Shown piece after piece: positions 49,140 through 58,670 of a stretch of DNA of 64,000 bases. This DNA is from Deltaproteobacteria bacterium (lineage in GTDB: Bacteria; Desulfobacterota; Desulfuromonadia; Geobacterales; Geobacteraceae), in NCBI GenBank assembly GCA_021847245.1, contig JAJZUC010000004.1, positions 10,478 to 74,477 on the forward strand, read 5' to 3'. The notes below the pieces were generated by a model. That model was not told the DNA's origin and made no database searches. It saw nothing but the letters and a program-made list of their open reading frames with translations. The position numbers and the translations under genes are program-made. The stretch's first letter is position 1, and each line of letters starts with the position of its first letter.

Positions 49140-50108
49140 TTACCGGGCAAGGCGCATGAGTAGCACATCCAGCGTGAGCCGCGGATTGGCATTGCGGCCC
49201 AGTGCCTGACGGGCCTCCATGATCCGTGCGATCCGCTCCCCGCTCTGTTCAAGCGTGGTACGGACGGCCTCCTGTTCGAGGAGCGGCAGCAGATCGCGAT
49301 TTACCACCCCCGTGCCTCCTCCCCCTTGGATGAGCATGACGTCCCGCAGGAGCGAGGTGAGCTCATCGAGGGTTCCGACCGCCGTTTCCCGGTCGGCGGA
49401 AAGCTCCTCTGCGGCCTCGAAGAGGGGGGTGATACTGGCTAGGGAAAGGGTGGCAAGCCGTTTCAGCAGTTCGCCGCGGCCGGCGGTATCGCCTTGCTCT
49501 CCTAGCTCCAGTGCCCGCCCGAGACTTCCTCCGGCGAGCGAAGCGGCCAATCGGGCCGCGGCAGGGGCGGTCCCCCGACGCAGGAGCTCGTCCTCGATGG
49601 TCCGTTCGGGAAGCTCCCCGAACCGCAGGAGCTGGCAGCGTGAACGGACGGTCGGCAATATGCCGGCAAGGCGTGAGGTGAGAAGAATCATCAGGGCGTT
49701 GCCCGGGGGCTCCTCCAGGGTCTTGAGAAGCGCGTTGGCGGCGGCCGGATTGAGCCGGTCCGCCTCTTCGATGACGCACGCCTTCAAGGGGGCCTCGACG
49801 GGGCGCAGCACGAGCTCCCGCTGGAGATCCCGAATCTGGTCGATCTTGATGAAGGCGCCGTCAGGTCCCACGGAGTGGAGATCGGGATGCTGACCCGAGG
49901 CCATCTTCCGGCAGGAGGGGCAGCTTCCACACCCTTCGCCGTGACTGCAGAAAGCCGCTGCGACGAGGGCGAGGGCTGTGGTCCTCTTGCCGCACCCCTC
50001 GATACCCTCGAAGAGGTAGGCGTGGGCCAGCTTGCCGGTGCGAAGCGCCCGCCGCAGGACGTCGACAGCGGTATCCTGGCCGAGGATGCGGGAGAAGGAC
50101 ATCGTCAT
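49140..50108 (-). CDS. holB: DNA polymerase III delta' subunit
   Basis: HAYLFEG, zinc motif CGSCPSC, HPDL, NALLKTLEEPP, TVRSRC. Confidence 0.95.
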   Translation of the reverse strand: MTMSFSRILGQDTAVDVLRRALRTGKLAHAYLFEGIEGCGKRTTALALVAAAFCSHGEGCGSCPSCRKMASGQHPDLHSVGPDGAFIKIDQIRDLQRELVLRPVEAPLKACVIEEADRLNPAAANALLKTLEEPPGNALMILLTSRLAGILPTVRSRCQLLRFGELPERTIEDELLRRGTAPAAARLAASLAGGSLGRALELGEQGDTAGRGELLKRLATLSLASITPLFEAAEELSADRETAVGTLDELTSLLRDVMLIQGGGGTGVVNRDLLPLLEQEAVRTTLEQSGERIARIMEARQALGRNANPRLTLDVLLMRLAR

Positions 50109-50746
50109 CTCTGCGGAAGGCGCCGGGTTAGCAGCTTCCGGATCGCGGCACCGGTCTCCTCGATGCCGCGGCTACCGTCCACCACCACGAACCGGGTCGG
50201 TGCGGCGGCGGCAAGCGCCAGAAAACCGTCGCGGATCCGTTCGTGGAAGAGGCGCGATTCCTGTTCGAACCGTTCCTCCCGCGCGGCGGTGGTGCCGTTG
50301 ATCCGTGCCATGGCCCGGGAGAGCCCCAGCTCGACAGGGCAGTCGAGGATTACGGTAAGGTCCGGTTGCACATCTCCGGCGGCAAGGGTGTTCAGGTGGC
50401 CGATAAGCTCCCGGTCCAGCCCTCGCCCATACCCCTGGTAGGTGAGGGTCGAATCGGTGAACCGGTCGCAGAGGACCACCTTGCCTGCAACCAGGGCCGG
50501 CGCTATGACTTCGGCGACATGCTGGGCACGGGCCGCTGCGTAGAGCAGTAGCTCGGCGAGGGGGACCATGGAGCTGTTGCGCGCGTCGAGAAGAATCGCC
50601 CTGATTGCGTCGGCAATGGGGCATCCCCCCGGTTCGCGCGTCACGACCACCTCGTACCCCTCGGCGGAGAGCCACTCTGCGGCGCGCCGGATCTGGGTCG
50701 TTTTGCCGCATCCCTCGATCCCTTCGAATGTGATGAAAAAGCCCAT
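50105..50746 (-). CDS. tmk: Thymidylate kinase
   Basis: MGFFITFEGIEGCGKTTQ, TREPGG, CDRFTDSTLTYQGYGRG. Confidence 0.96.
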   Translation of the reverse strand: MGFFITFEGIEGCGKTTQIRRAAEWLSAEGYEVVVTREPGGCPIADAIRAILLDARNSSMVPLAELLLYAAARAQHVAEVIAPALVAGKVVLCDRFTDSTLTYQGYGRGLDRELIGHLNTLAAGDVQPDLTVILDCPVELGLSRAMARINGTTAAREERFEQESRLFHERIRDGFLALAAAAPTRFVVVDGSRGIEETGAAIRKLLTRRLPQR

Positions 50747-50782
50747 GCCGGCGGCGCCATCCTTTGGTTTTGTAAAAGGTGA

Positions 50783-50811
50783 ATTATAGGGAAGAGGGGG
50801 GGACAAATCAA
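50783..50811 (-). promoter_or_regulatory. Sigma70-type promoter for tmk-holB-ricT-metG
   Basis: Minus strand TTGATT, 17-nt spacer, TATAAT. Confidence 0.75.
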
Positions 50812-50841
50812 GGCAAAAATCCCCGTGTGACGGCATATCTA

Positions 50842-50871
50842 TTGATAAAGACGACAGATTCAGGTTATAGT
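50842..50871 (+). promoter_or_regulatory. Sigma70-type promoter for the rnc operon
   Basis: TTGATA (50842-50847), 18-nt spacer, TATAGT (50866-50871). Confidence 0.6.
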
Positions 50872-50882
50872 GTTTTACTGCT

Positions 50883-51632
50883 ATGAGTGAACCGTCAAAC
50901 CAGACAGCCGATGCGGGGACGGGCGGCGATCCGGCCGACCTGGAACGGCGCATCGGCTATACATTTTCGAACGGCGCCCTTCTCGTCGAGGCGCTGACCC
51001 ACCGCTCCTATCTGAACGAGACACGGGAACCAGGGGTGAAGGACAACGAACGCCTCGAGTTCTTCGGCGATGCCGTTCTCGGTTTTCTTGTCGGCCAGCT
51101 CCTGCTGGAGCGCTTCCCCGAAAGCCGCGAGGGGGGGCTGGCGCGGATGAAGGCCTCGCTGGTCGGCGAGGATACGTTGGCGGAGCTGGCGCGGGAGCTG
51201 GGGCTCGGCGAGTATCTTCGGCTCGGGCGTGGCGAGGAGCGAAGCGGAGGGCGGCAGCGCAAGTCCCTCCTCGCAGACGCCTACGAAGCGTTGTTGGCCG
51301 CAGTCTACCTGGACGGGGGCGCGGAGCACGCCGGCCGCATGGTGGAAGACGCTTTCGGGCCGCTTCTTTCCGGGGTGGCGAACGGGACGTCGGGCCGGGA
51401 TCACAAGACCGAATTCCAGGAGAGGGTCCAGGCGCTCTGCGGCGCTCCCCCCACGTACAGGCTGCTGGCGGTAAGTGGCCCCCCCCACGACCAGCGCTTC
51501 ACGGTGGCCGCATTCGTCGGGGAAGAGAAGGTGGGCGAGGGGTGCGGTCGCAGCAAGAAAGAGGCCGAGCAGGCGGCCGCCCGTGAAGGGCTTGACCGGC
51601 TGGCCCCCTCCGATCGCGCCGGGAAGCAATGA
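50883..51632 (+). CDS. rnc: Ribonuclease III
   Basis: ALTHRS, NERLEFFGDAVL, ADAYEALLAAVYLD; dsRBD with GRSKKEAEQ. Confidence 0.96.
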   Translation: MSEPSNQTADAGTGGDPADLERRIGYTFSNGALLVEALTHRSYLNETREPGVKDNERLEFFGDAVLGFLVGQLLLERFPESREGGLARMKASLVGEDTLAELARELGLGEYLRLGRGEERSGGRQRKSLLADAYEALLAAVYLDGGAEHAGRMVEDAFGPLLSGVANGTSGRDHKTEFQERVQALCGAPPTYRLLAVSGPPHDQRFTVAAFVGEEKVGEGCGRSKKEAEQAAAREGLDRLAPSDRAGKQ

Positions 51633-52666
51633 AACCGCTCATCGTCCCCTTTTTCATCTCGCACCAGGGATGTCCCCGGCACTGCGTGTTCTGCAACCAG
51701 CGAACGATCAGCGGTCAGGGGGGAGATCTTCCGGGAAGCGAGGAGATGCGCGCCGCCATCGCCGCCGCTGCCTCCGGCAAGGGACGGCGGGTGGAGGTTG
51801 CCTTTTATGGCGGGACGTTCACCAGCCTTCCACTCTCCGACCAGCGGCGACTGCTGGAACCGTTGCAGCCGATGCTTGCCTCGGGAGAAATCACCGGCGT
51901 GCGCCTCTCCACCCGTCCTGACGCGGTCGACGGCGAAACGGCCCGGTTCCTCCGCGCGCACCGAGTGACGACCGTCGAGTTGGGTGTGCAGTCGATGGAC
52001 GACCGGGTCCTGACCGCCGCCGGCCGCGGACATGGCGCCGCCGCCACGGAGCGGGCGTTCGCTTTCCTGAAGGGGGCGGGAATCGCGGTCGGCGCGCAAC
52101 TGATGCCCGGGCTTCCCGGCGATACGGCGGAGACGTCTCTGGAGTCGCTGCAGCGGGTCCTGGTCCTCGGGCCGGCGTTTCTCCGCATCTACCCGACGGT
52201 GGTGGTGGCAGGGACGGAGCTGGCGGAGCTCTGGCGCCGGGGGAGCTACTCCCCGATGGAACTCGATCGGGCGGTATCCCTCTGCGCCCTAATGCTTCGC
52301 GTCGCCACCGGGGCCGGCGTGCCGGTGATCCGGATCGGGCTCCAGGCGACGGCGGAGCTGGAGGCGCCGGGGACGGTCCTGGCCGGACCCTGGCATCCCG
52401 CATTTCGCCAACTCGTCGAAGGTGAGCTGTGGCGGGAGCTTCTCTTTAGTCTGACCGTCGATATCCCGGAGGGTAGTGAGGTGAAACTGGCCTGCGCCCC
52501 GGCCCGGATCTCCGACGTGGTGGGCCAGCGGCGGCGGAACCTGGAGAGGCTTGCCACGGAGCGCGGCTTGACGGTTGCCAGGGTTGTCGCTGACCCGCAA
52601 TGTTCGCCCTTCGAGCTCAAAATCTCATATTCCGGCGGTACCGTTGCCGGAAGCCTGTTTCCCTGA
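51629..52666 (+). CDS. Radical SAM protein (Elp3/YhcC-like, no acetyltransferase domain)
   Basis: CPRHCVFC (CxxxCxxC), [32 protein letters not shown]. Confidence 0.88.
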   Translation: MKPLIVPFFISHQGCPRHCVFCNQRTISGQGGDLPGSEEMRAAIAAAASGKGRRVEVAFYGGTFTSLPLSDQRRLLEPLQPMLASGEITGVRLSTRPDAVDGETARFLRAHRVTTVELGVQSMDDRVLTAAGRGHGAAATERAFAFLKGAGIAVGAQLMPGLPGDTAETSLESLQRVLVLGPAFLRIYPTVVVAGTELAELWRRGSYSPMELDRAVSLCALMLRVATGAGVPVIRIGLQATAELEAPGTVLAGPWHPAFRQLVEGELWRELLFSLTVDIPEGSEVKLACAPARISDVVGQRRRNLERLATERGLTVARVVADPQCSPFELKISYSGGTVAGSLFP

Positions 52667-52700
52667 TTTGCACCATCGCATCCGCTCCAAGGAGTATCCA

Positions 52701-53597
52701 TTGCCCGACACGCAGTTTCGTTCCGGATTCGTCTCGATCATCGGCCGCCCCAATGTCGGCAAGTCGACCCTGCTGAACCGCATTCTCGGCGAAAAGATCG
52801 TCATCACCTCGGACAAGCCCCAGACCACTCGCAACCGCATCCAGGGGATCCATAACCTTCCCGGCGCCCAGATTGTCTTCATCGACACGCCGGGAATCCA
52901 CCGGGCCACGTCGCGCCTCAACAAGTACATGGTGGACGTCGCCCTTTCGTCCATCAAGGAGGTCGACCTGATCCTTTTTCTGGCCGAGGCCCACCGGGCC
53001 CCAGGCGAGCAGGAGCGGGAGATCGTCGGTTTGCTCGGCGGGGTGACGGTGCCGGTGTTCCTGGTCCTCAACAAGGCGGATCTTGCCTCGCAGGAGGATG
53101 TCTTCAAAAGGATCGACAGCTACCGGAAACTCTTTCCGTTCCGTGAGATCGTGCCGGTCTCCGCCGAGACCGGTTTCGGGGTGGAGGGGCTTGTGGAGCT
53201 GGTCAAAGGCCACCTTCCGGAGGGGCCGGTCTATTTCCCCGACGACATCCTGACCGACCTGCCGGAGCGCTTCATCGTGGCGGAGATCATCCGCGAGAAG
53301 GTCTTTCGCCTGACCCGCGACGAGATCCCTTACGCCACCGCCGTGGAGGTCGACAGCTTCAAGGAGCGCCCCGACGGGAGCCTCGTCTCCATTGCCGCCA
53401 CCATCACGGTGGAGCGCGACTCCCAGAAGGGGATCGTCATCGGCAGGAAGGGGACGATGCTCCGGCGGATCGGCACCGAGGCGCGGCTCGAAATCGAGCG
53501 GCTCCTCGCCGCCAAGGTCTTTCTCGAGCTTTTCGTGCGGGTCAGGAAGGACTGGAGCGAAAACCCGGCCATGCTCAGGGACCTCGGCTACGAGTGA
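52701..53597 (+). CDS. era: GTPase Era
   Basis: [23 protein letters not shown]-terminal KH domain; TTG start after AAGGAG. Confidence 0.96.
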   Translation: MPDTQFRSGFVSIIGRPNVGKSTLLNRILGEKIVITSDKPQTTRNRIQGIHNLPGAQIVFIDTPGIHRATSRLNKYMVDVALSSIKEVDLILFLAEAHRAPGEQEREIVGLLGGVTVPVFLVLNKADLASQEDVFKRIDSYRKLFPFREIVPVSAETGFGVEGLVELVKGHLPEGPVYFPDDILTDLPERFIVAEIIREKVFRLTRDEIPYATAVEVDSFKERPDGSLVSIAATITVERDSQKGIVIGRKGTMLRRIGTEARLEIERLLAAKVFLELFVRVRKDWSENPAMLRDLGYE

Positions 53598-53644
53598 GGG
53601 CGAGATTCCTTCCCCTAAACTGCATTAATTACCATGGAGACCAT

Positions 53645-54967
53645 ATGATACCGATAGTTGCCATCGTCGGCCGACCCAACGTGGGAAAGTCGACCCTCTT
53701 CAACCGGCTCGTGGGGCGGCGCAAGGCGATCGTCGACGACACGCCCGGCGTCACCCGGGACCGTAACTACGAGACCGTCAACCGCTTTGAGGTGCCGTTC
53801 ATCCTGATCGATACCGGCGGCTTCGAGCCGGAGAGCGAGGACCGGCTCCTGCAGCAGATGCGGGAACAGTCCCAGCTCGCCATCGAGGAAGCGGACGTGA
53901 TCCTGTTTCTCATGGACGGACGGGCGGGGCTCACCCCCTCCGATGCCGAGGTGGTGGAGATGCTGCGCCGCGTCGACAAGCCGGTCTTCTACGTGGTCAA
54001 CAAGGTGGACGGCGAAAAGCTGGAGAACGAGGCGGCCGAGTTCTACACCCTCGGCGTTGGGAACATTCACACCATCTCGGCCGAGCATAACCGCGGGGTC
54101 GGCGACCTGATGGACGAAGTGGTGGCGGCCCTCCCCCGGAAGAAGGGCGCCGCGGTGGACGAGGATGTGACGAAGATCGCCGTGGTGGGGCGCCCGAACG
54201 TCGGCAAGTCGTCCCTGGTGAACCGGCTCCTCGGCTTCGAGCGAGTAGTGGCAAACCCCACCCCCGGCACGACCCGCGATTCGGTCGACACACTCTTCAC
54301 CTGCAACACGAAGCGCTACCTTCTGATCGACACCGCGGGGATCAGGCGCAAGGGAAAGACCACCCAGAAGCTGGAGAAGTATAGCGTCGTCGATTCGCTC
54401 CGAAGCATCGAGCGGGCGGACGTGGTGCTGATCGTCATCAACGCCGAGGAGGGGGTGACAGAGCAGGACGAGCGGATCGCCGGCTATGCCTACGAGGCGG
54501 GACGGGCCTGCATCTTCGTGGTCAACAAGTGGGACACCCTGGTGAAGGATAACTCAACGCTCGGCAAATTCGTCGATCAGATCAGGACCGAATTCAAGTA
54601 TCTGCCATTCGTGCCGATAGTATTCGTGTCGGCCAAGACCGGGCAACGGATCAACAAGGTGATGGAAGAGGTGGAGACGGTGATGGCCCAGTACACGAAG
54701 CGGGTTTCCACCGCCGATCTCAACCGGGCGTTCTCGGAGGCGGTGGAGAAGCACCACGCGCCGCTTTTCCAGGGGAAACGGGTGAAGTTCTACTATGCGA
54801 CCCAGGTGGGGACGAAGCCTCCCTCCTTCGTGATCTTCACCAACCGTCCCGAGGGGATTCATTTCTCCTATGAGCGGTATCTTATGAACAAGTTGCGGGA
54901 GGCGTTCGATTTCACCGGTTCTCCGCTTCGTCTCATGTTCCGCGGCCGGGAGCGCAAGGGGTCGTAA
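53645..54967 (+). CDS. der: Ribosome biogenesis GTPase Der (EngA)
   Basis: Two GRPNVGKS G-domains, DTGG/DTAG, NKVD/NKWD. Confidence 0.97.
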   Translation: MIPIVAIVGRPNVGKSTLFNRLVGRRKAIVDDTPGVTRDRNYETVNRFEVPFILIDTGGFEPESEDRLLQQMREQSQLAIEEADVILFLMDGRAGLTPSDAEVVEMLRRVDKPVFYVVNKVDGEKLENEAAEFYTLGVGNIHTISAEHNRGVGDLMDEVVAALPRKKGAAVDEDVTKIAVVGRPNVGKSSLVNRLLGFERVVANPTPGTTRDSVDTLFTCNTKRYLLIDTAGIRRKGKTTQKLEKYSVVDSLRSIERADVVLIVINAEEGVTEQDERIAGYAYEAGRACIFVVNKWDTLVKDNSTLGKFVDQIRTEFKYLPFVPIVFVSAKTGQRINKVMEEVETVMAQYTKRVSTADLNRAFSEAVEKHHAPLFQGKRVKFYYATQVGTKPPSFVIFTNRPEGIHFSYERYLMNKLREAFDFTGSPLRLMFRGRERKGS

Positions 54968-54981
54968 AGGCTGTAAAACAC

Positions 54982-55010
54982 TTTACTTGCAAGGGTTGAT
55001 GATTTATGAT
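54982..55010 (+). promoter_or_regulatory. Possible sigma70 promoter for the chemosensory operon
   Basis: TTTACT, 17-nt spacer, TATGAT. Confidence 0.55.
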
Positions 55011-55058
55011 GGGCGCCGTTTCATCCATTGATTTTCCGTCTTTTCACAACGGTATCGG

Positions 55059-56216
55059 ATGAGTCTTGTCGGCAACCTCGAAGACCTCGGACTGGGGGAG
55101 ATCCTCCAGATCGTCAGCCTCGCGCGCAAGTCGGGAATCCTGCGGATCCGGAGCAGGGGCCGGGAAGGAACGATCCTCTTTCGGCTGGGACAGGTCATCC
55201 ACGCAACGTCGACCACCCGCCACGAGAGTATCGGCGAGGTCCTGATCCGCCGGGGAGCCATCGATCCGGCGAAGCTCCGAAGTGCGCTTTCCCTGCAGGA
55301 GCGCGAGGGGTTTCGCGATCGCCTCGGGACGATCCTCGTGCAGTATTTCGATGTGTCCGCCGCCGTCATCGACGAGGTGGTCCGGGAACTGATCGAGGAT
55401 GTGGTCTACGCCCTCTTCGGCTGGGTTGAGGGAACCTTCGAATTCGAGCTGCGGGATATGGCGGAGGCGCTTGATGCCGCGCTGATGGACCCGATGCAGT
55501 TCATGCTCGAGCAGGGCTTGAGTCCCCAGTACCTGCTCACGGAGAGGTCCCGGCTGGTCGGCGGGAAGAGGGGTGCCGGGGGGCGGGTTGAAGGGCCTGC
55601 TCCGCCGGGCGAGCTGGTCAATCTCGGCGATCTGCTCCGCCGGGAACTGGGGGACGATACGGCTGCCTCCGCCGGTCGACCGGAGACGGGGAGCGGGATG
55701 GCCCTCCTCCACAGCATGCTCAGGGAGCTCAACGACCCGGCCCTTGCAGGCGGGATCACCCTCCTCGTCCTGCGCTATGCTGCCGAATTCGTGGACCGGG
55801 CAGTGATATTCCAGGTTAGGGGTGACGAGCTCGTCGGCCTCGGCCAATTCGGGATCAGCGACCGGCAGGGTCCTGCGGATGCCCTGATCAGGAATCTGCG
55901 GATTCCCCGCAACGAGCCCTCGCTCTTCAGCGGGGTCATGGAAGCGGGACATCCGGCAGTCCTCAGGCCGGAACCGGCCGGGTTGAACAGCTTCCTTTTC
56001 GAGCGGCTCGGCGACGGGATTCCGGACGAGGTGTTCGTCGGGCCGATCGTCAGCGGGGGAAATGTGGTGGCGCTTCTGTACGGGGACAATCTGCCGGGAC
56101 GCAAATCGATCGGCGGCACCGAGCCGCTGGAGATATTCCTGTCCCAGGCCGGCGTTGCCATGGAAAAGGCGCTTCTGGAACGAAAACTCAAGGAAAACAG
56201 CCGGGGGAGAGCGTGA
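55059..56216 (+). CDS. DUF4388 (PatA-N) protein with MshEN-like motifs and C-terminal GAF-like domain
   Basis: MSLVGNLEDLGLGEILQ...KSGIL...W.EGTFEF; C-terminal FVGPIVSGGNVVALLYGDN...QAGVAME. Confidence 0.8.
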   Translation: MSLVGNLEDLGLGEILQIVSLARKSGILRIRSRGREGTILFRLGQVIHATSTTRHESIGEVLIRRGAIDPAKLRSALSLQEREGFRDRLGTILVQYFDVSAAVIDEVVRELIEDVVYALFGWVEGTFEFELRDMAEALDAALMDPMQFMLEQGLSPQYLLTERSRLVGGKRGAGGRVEGPAPPGELVNLGDLLRRELGDDTAASAGRPETGSGMALLHSMLRELNDPALAGGITLLVLRYAAEFVDRAVIFQVRGDELVGLGQFGISDRQGPADALIRNLRIPRNEPSLFSGVMEAGHPAVLRPEPAGLNSFLFERLGDGIPDEVFVGPIVSGGNVVALLYGDNLPGRKSIGGTEPLEIFLSQAGVAMEKALLERKLKENSRGRA

Positions 56217-56578
56217 AGAAGATCCTTATTGCCGAAGATTCATCCACCATGCGATCGCTTCTGGCCACCACTATCGAATCCCTCGGCGGATACCAGATCG
56301 TGGAGGCTGCCAGCGGCTTCGAGGCACTGCGTCTCCTGCCGCGGGAGCCGGTGGACCTGATCATCACCGACATCAACATGCCCGACATCAACGGGTTGGA
56401 ACTGGTGAGCTTCGTCCGCTCCAGCGACAACTACCGTCACATTCCGCTCTTCATCATCTCCACCGAGGGGAGCGAGCGGGACCGGGAAAAGGGACTCACC
56501 CTCGGAGCTAACGAGTATCTCGTCAAGCCTTTCGATCCCGCCCGGCTACAGGAGCTGATCGTGAAGTACACCGCCTGA
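56213..56578 (+). CDS. cheY: Single-domain response regulator CheY
   Basis: AEDSSTMR, TDINMP, STE, YLVKPF; directly upstream of cheA. Confidence 0.9.
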   Translation: MKKILIAEDSSTMRSLLATTIESLGGYQIVEAASGFEALRLLPREPVDLIITDINMPDINGLELVSFVRSSDNYRHIPLFIISTEGSERDREKGLTLGANEYLVKPFDPARLQELIVKYTA

Positions 56579-56618
56579 CAATGGGCGGTTTCCCACATTC
56601 CAGCGTGCAGAGTGTCCC

Positions 56619-58670
56619 ATGACCAATTCACACGATGAGTCCGGCAGAGCTGTTGAAGACTTTCTGGCCGAAGCCGAAGAGATTGTCGAGAGGCTCAATA
56701 CCGATCTGGTCACGTTGAGTGACTGTGCGGATAGCGGAGAGTGCGACCCTGATCTCCTCAACGCCATCTTCCGCGGCTCCCACTCCCTCAAGGGGCTTGC
56801 CGGGATGTTCGGTTTCGCCGACATCCAGCTGCTCTCCCACAACCTGGAAAACCTCCTCGATTCGCTCCGCCTCGGCAAGGTGACGCTCTCTCCCGAGGTG
56901 ATGACCGTCCTGTTCGACGCCATGGAGCTCCTCAGCACTGTGGTGCGGGGGCTGGGGGGCGGAGAGGACTGTTCGGCCGCCATTGCCGAGGCGGTCGCCC
57001 GTCTCAATGCCTGTGCCTCGGCCGAGCCGGCCGGGGGGGAATCTCCCCTGCAGAAGCTTGGGATTCCCGAGCGGATCCTCAATTCCCTCACCGAGTACGA
57101 AGAGCACCGCCTCCTCGAGAACGTCAGGAAGGGACGGACGATCTATTCCCTCCATGCGTCGTTCAGCCTCATGTCTTTCGACCAGGACCTGGGGGAGATT
57201 ACCGAAGCCCTCAAGGGTGCGGGAGAGGTGGTGAGTACCCTGCCCAGCGCCAGTGCCACTCCCGAGTCGATGATCGACTTCGAGATCCTCTACGGGACTG
57301 AGCTCGACCGCGATGCCGTCGCCGCTCTCGTCGACCGCGAAAATGTCGATATCGCCACGTTCGGTGCTGCCCCGGCCCCCGCGACCCCTTCGCCGGCAGC
57401 CGCCGTCTCCATTTCTCCCGCTTCTCCCCCCCCCGCGCCGGCGGTCGTTCCCGCACCCGGCGGCGAGGAGATGACTGCCAAGAGCATGAGCCGCACGGTG
57501 CGGGTTGACATCGGCAAGCTCGATGAACTGATGAACATCGTCGGAGAGCTGGTCCTTTCCCACTCCACCATCTCGGCGCTGGGGACACGGATGCGTCTTG
57601 AGGGGTTTTCGTCCCTCGCCATCGAGCTCGGCAAGGCGGCCAAGGGGCTGGAACGGAAGCTGACCGAGCTCCAGAAAGGGGTCATGGAGATCAGGATGAT
57701 TCCGGTGGGGCAGCTCTTCGAGAAGCTTACCCGGATCGTCCGCAAGGTTTCCCGGGAGCAGGGGAAAAAGATCGATCTCAAGCTGTTCGGGGCCGATACG
57801 GAACTCGACAAGCTGATCATCGAGGATATCTCGGATCCGATGGTTCACATCATCCGCAACGCCATCGACCACGGACTGGAACCACCCGACGAGCGTGTCG
57901 CCGCCGGCAAGCCGGAGCGGGGAACCATCCGGCTTTCCTCCTACCAGAAGGGGAACCATGTCGTCATCGAGGTGGCCGAGGACGGACGCGGCATCAATAT
58001 CGAGAAGGTGAAGAGGAAGGCCCTGGAGAAGGGGCTCATCAAGACCCTGGAAGGGGTTGCCGACAGGGATGCCCTCGACTTCATCTTCCTCCCCGGCTTC
58101 TCCACCACCGACAAGGTGAGCGAGCTCTCGGGGCGTGGCGTCGGCATGGACGTGGTAAAGAACAACATTGCCGCCGTGTCGGGAATGGTCGATATCGAAA
58201 GCGAATTCGGCCGGGGGACGCGGGTCATCATCACCCTCCCTATCACCCTGGCGATCATCAAGGCGCTTCTCGTCACCACGGCGGGACGCAGTTACGCCAT
58301 ACCGATAACCTCGGTGCTGGAGACGATCATCGCTTCCGACGCGGACATCGACACCGTGGAGCGCAAGGAGGTCTACCAGCTCCGGCAGACGACCCTGCCG
58401 CTGGTCCGGCTGGAGCGTTTCTTCGGCATTGCGCGCCAGGCGCCACCTTCCGGTGAATTTTACATAGTCGTGGTGGGGGTTGCCGAAAAGCGTCTCGGCA
58501 TCATCGTGGACGACCTGACGGGGCAGCAGGACATCGTCATCAAGTCCCTTGGCGACATGTTCAAAGGCTATCGGGGGATCTCGGGGGCCGCCGATCTCGG
58601 CGACCAGCGCACGATCCTCGTTCTCGACGTGGGGGGGATCATCGGCGAGGCATTCCGGAGCGGAGGGTAG
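56619..58670 (+). CDS. cheA: Chemotaxis histidine kinase CheA
   Basis: Hpt HSLKG, TVRVDIGKLDELMNIVGEL, HIIRNAIDHG, FLPGFST, SGRGVGMDVV, C-terminal CheW-like domain. Confidence 0.97.
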   Translation: MTNSHDESGRAVEDFLAEAEEIVERLNTDLVTLSDCADSGECDPDLLNAIFRGSHSLKGLAGMFGFADIQLLSHNLENLLDSLRLGKVTLSPEVMTVLFDAMELLSTVVRGLGGGEDCSAAIAEAVARLNACASAEPAGGESPLQKLGIPERILNSLTEYEEHRLLENVRKGRTIYSLHASFSLMSFDQDLGEITEALKGAGEVVSTLPSASATPESMIDFEILYGTELDRDAVAALVDRENVDIATFGAAPAPATPSPAAAVSISPASPPPAPAVVPAPGGEEMTAKSMSRTVRVDIGKLDELMNIVGELVLSHSTISALGTRMRLEGFSSLAIELGKAAKGLERKLTELQKGVMEIRMIPVGQLFEKLTRIVRKVSREQGKKIDLKLFGADTELDKLIIEDISDPMVHIIRNAIDHGLEPPDERVAAGKPERGTIRLSSYQKGNHVVIEVAEDGRGINIEKVKRKALEKGLIKTLEGVADRDALDFIFLPGFSTTDKVSELSGRGVGMDVVKNNIAAVSGMVDIESEFGRGTRVIITLPITLAIIKALLVTTAGRSYAIPITSVLETIIASDADIDTVERKEVYQLRQTTLPLVRLERFFGIARQAPPSGEFYIVVVGVAEKRLGIIVDDLTGQQDIVIKSLGDMFKGYRGISGAADLGDQRTILVLDVGGIIGEAFRSGG

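Noticed and set aside
50747-50953. N-terminal extensions in the ORF track (tmk from 50953; also gmk 41919, era 52575, RCC1 7905, GT4 26788, HEAT 61343)
   Set aside because: They overlap neighbouring genes or promoters; downstream starts match the family N-termini and mostly have SD sequences.
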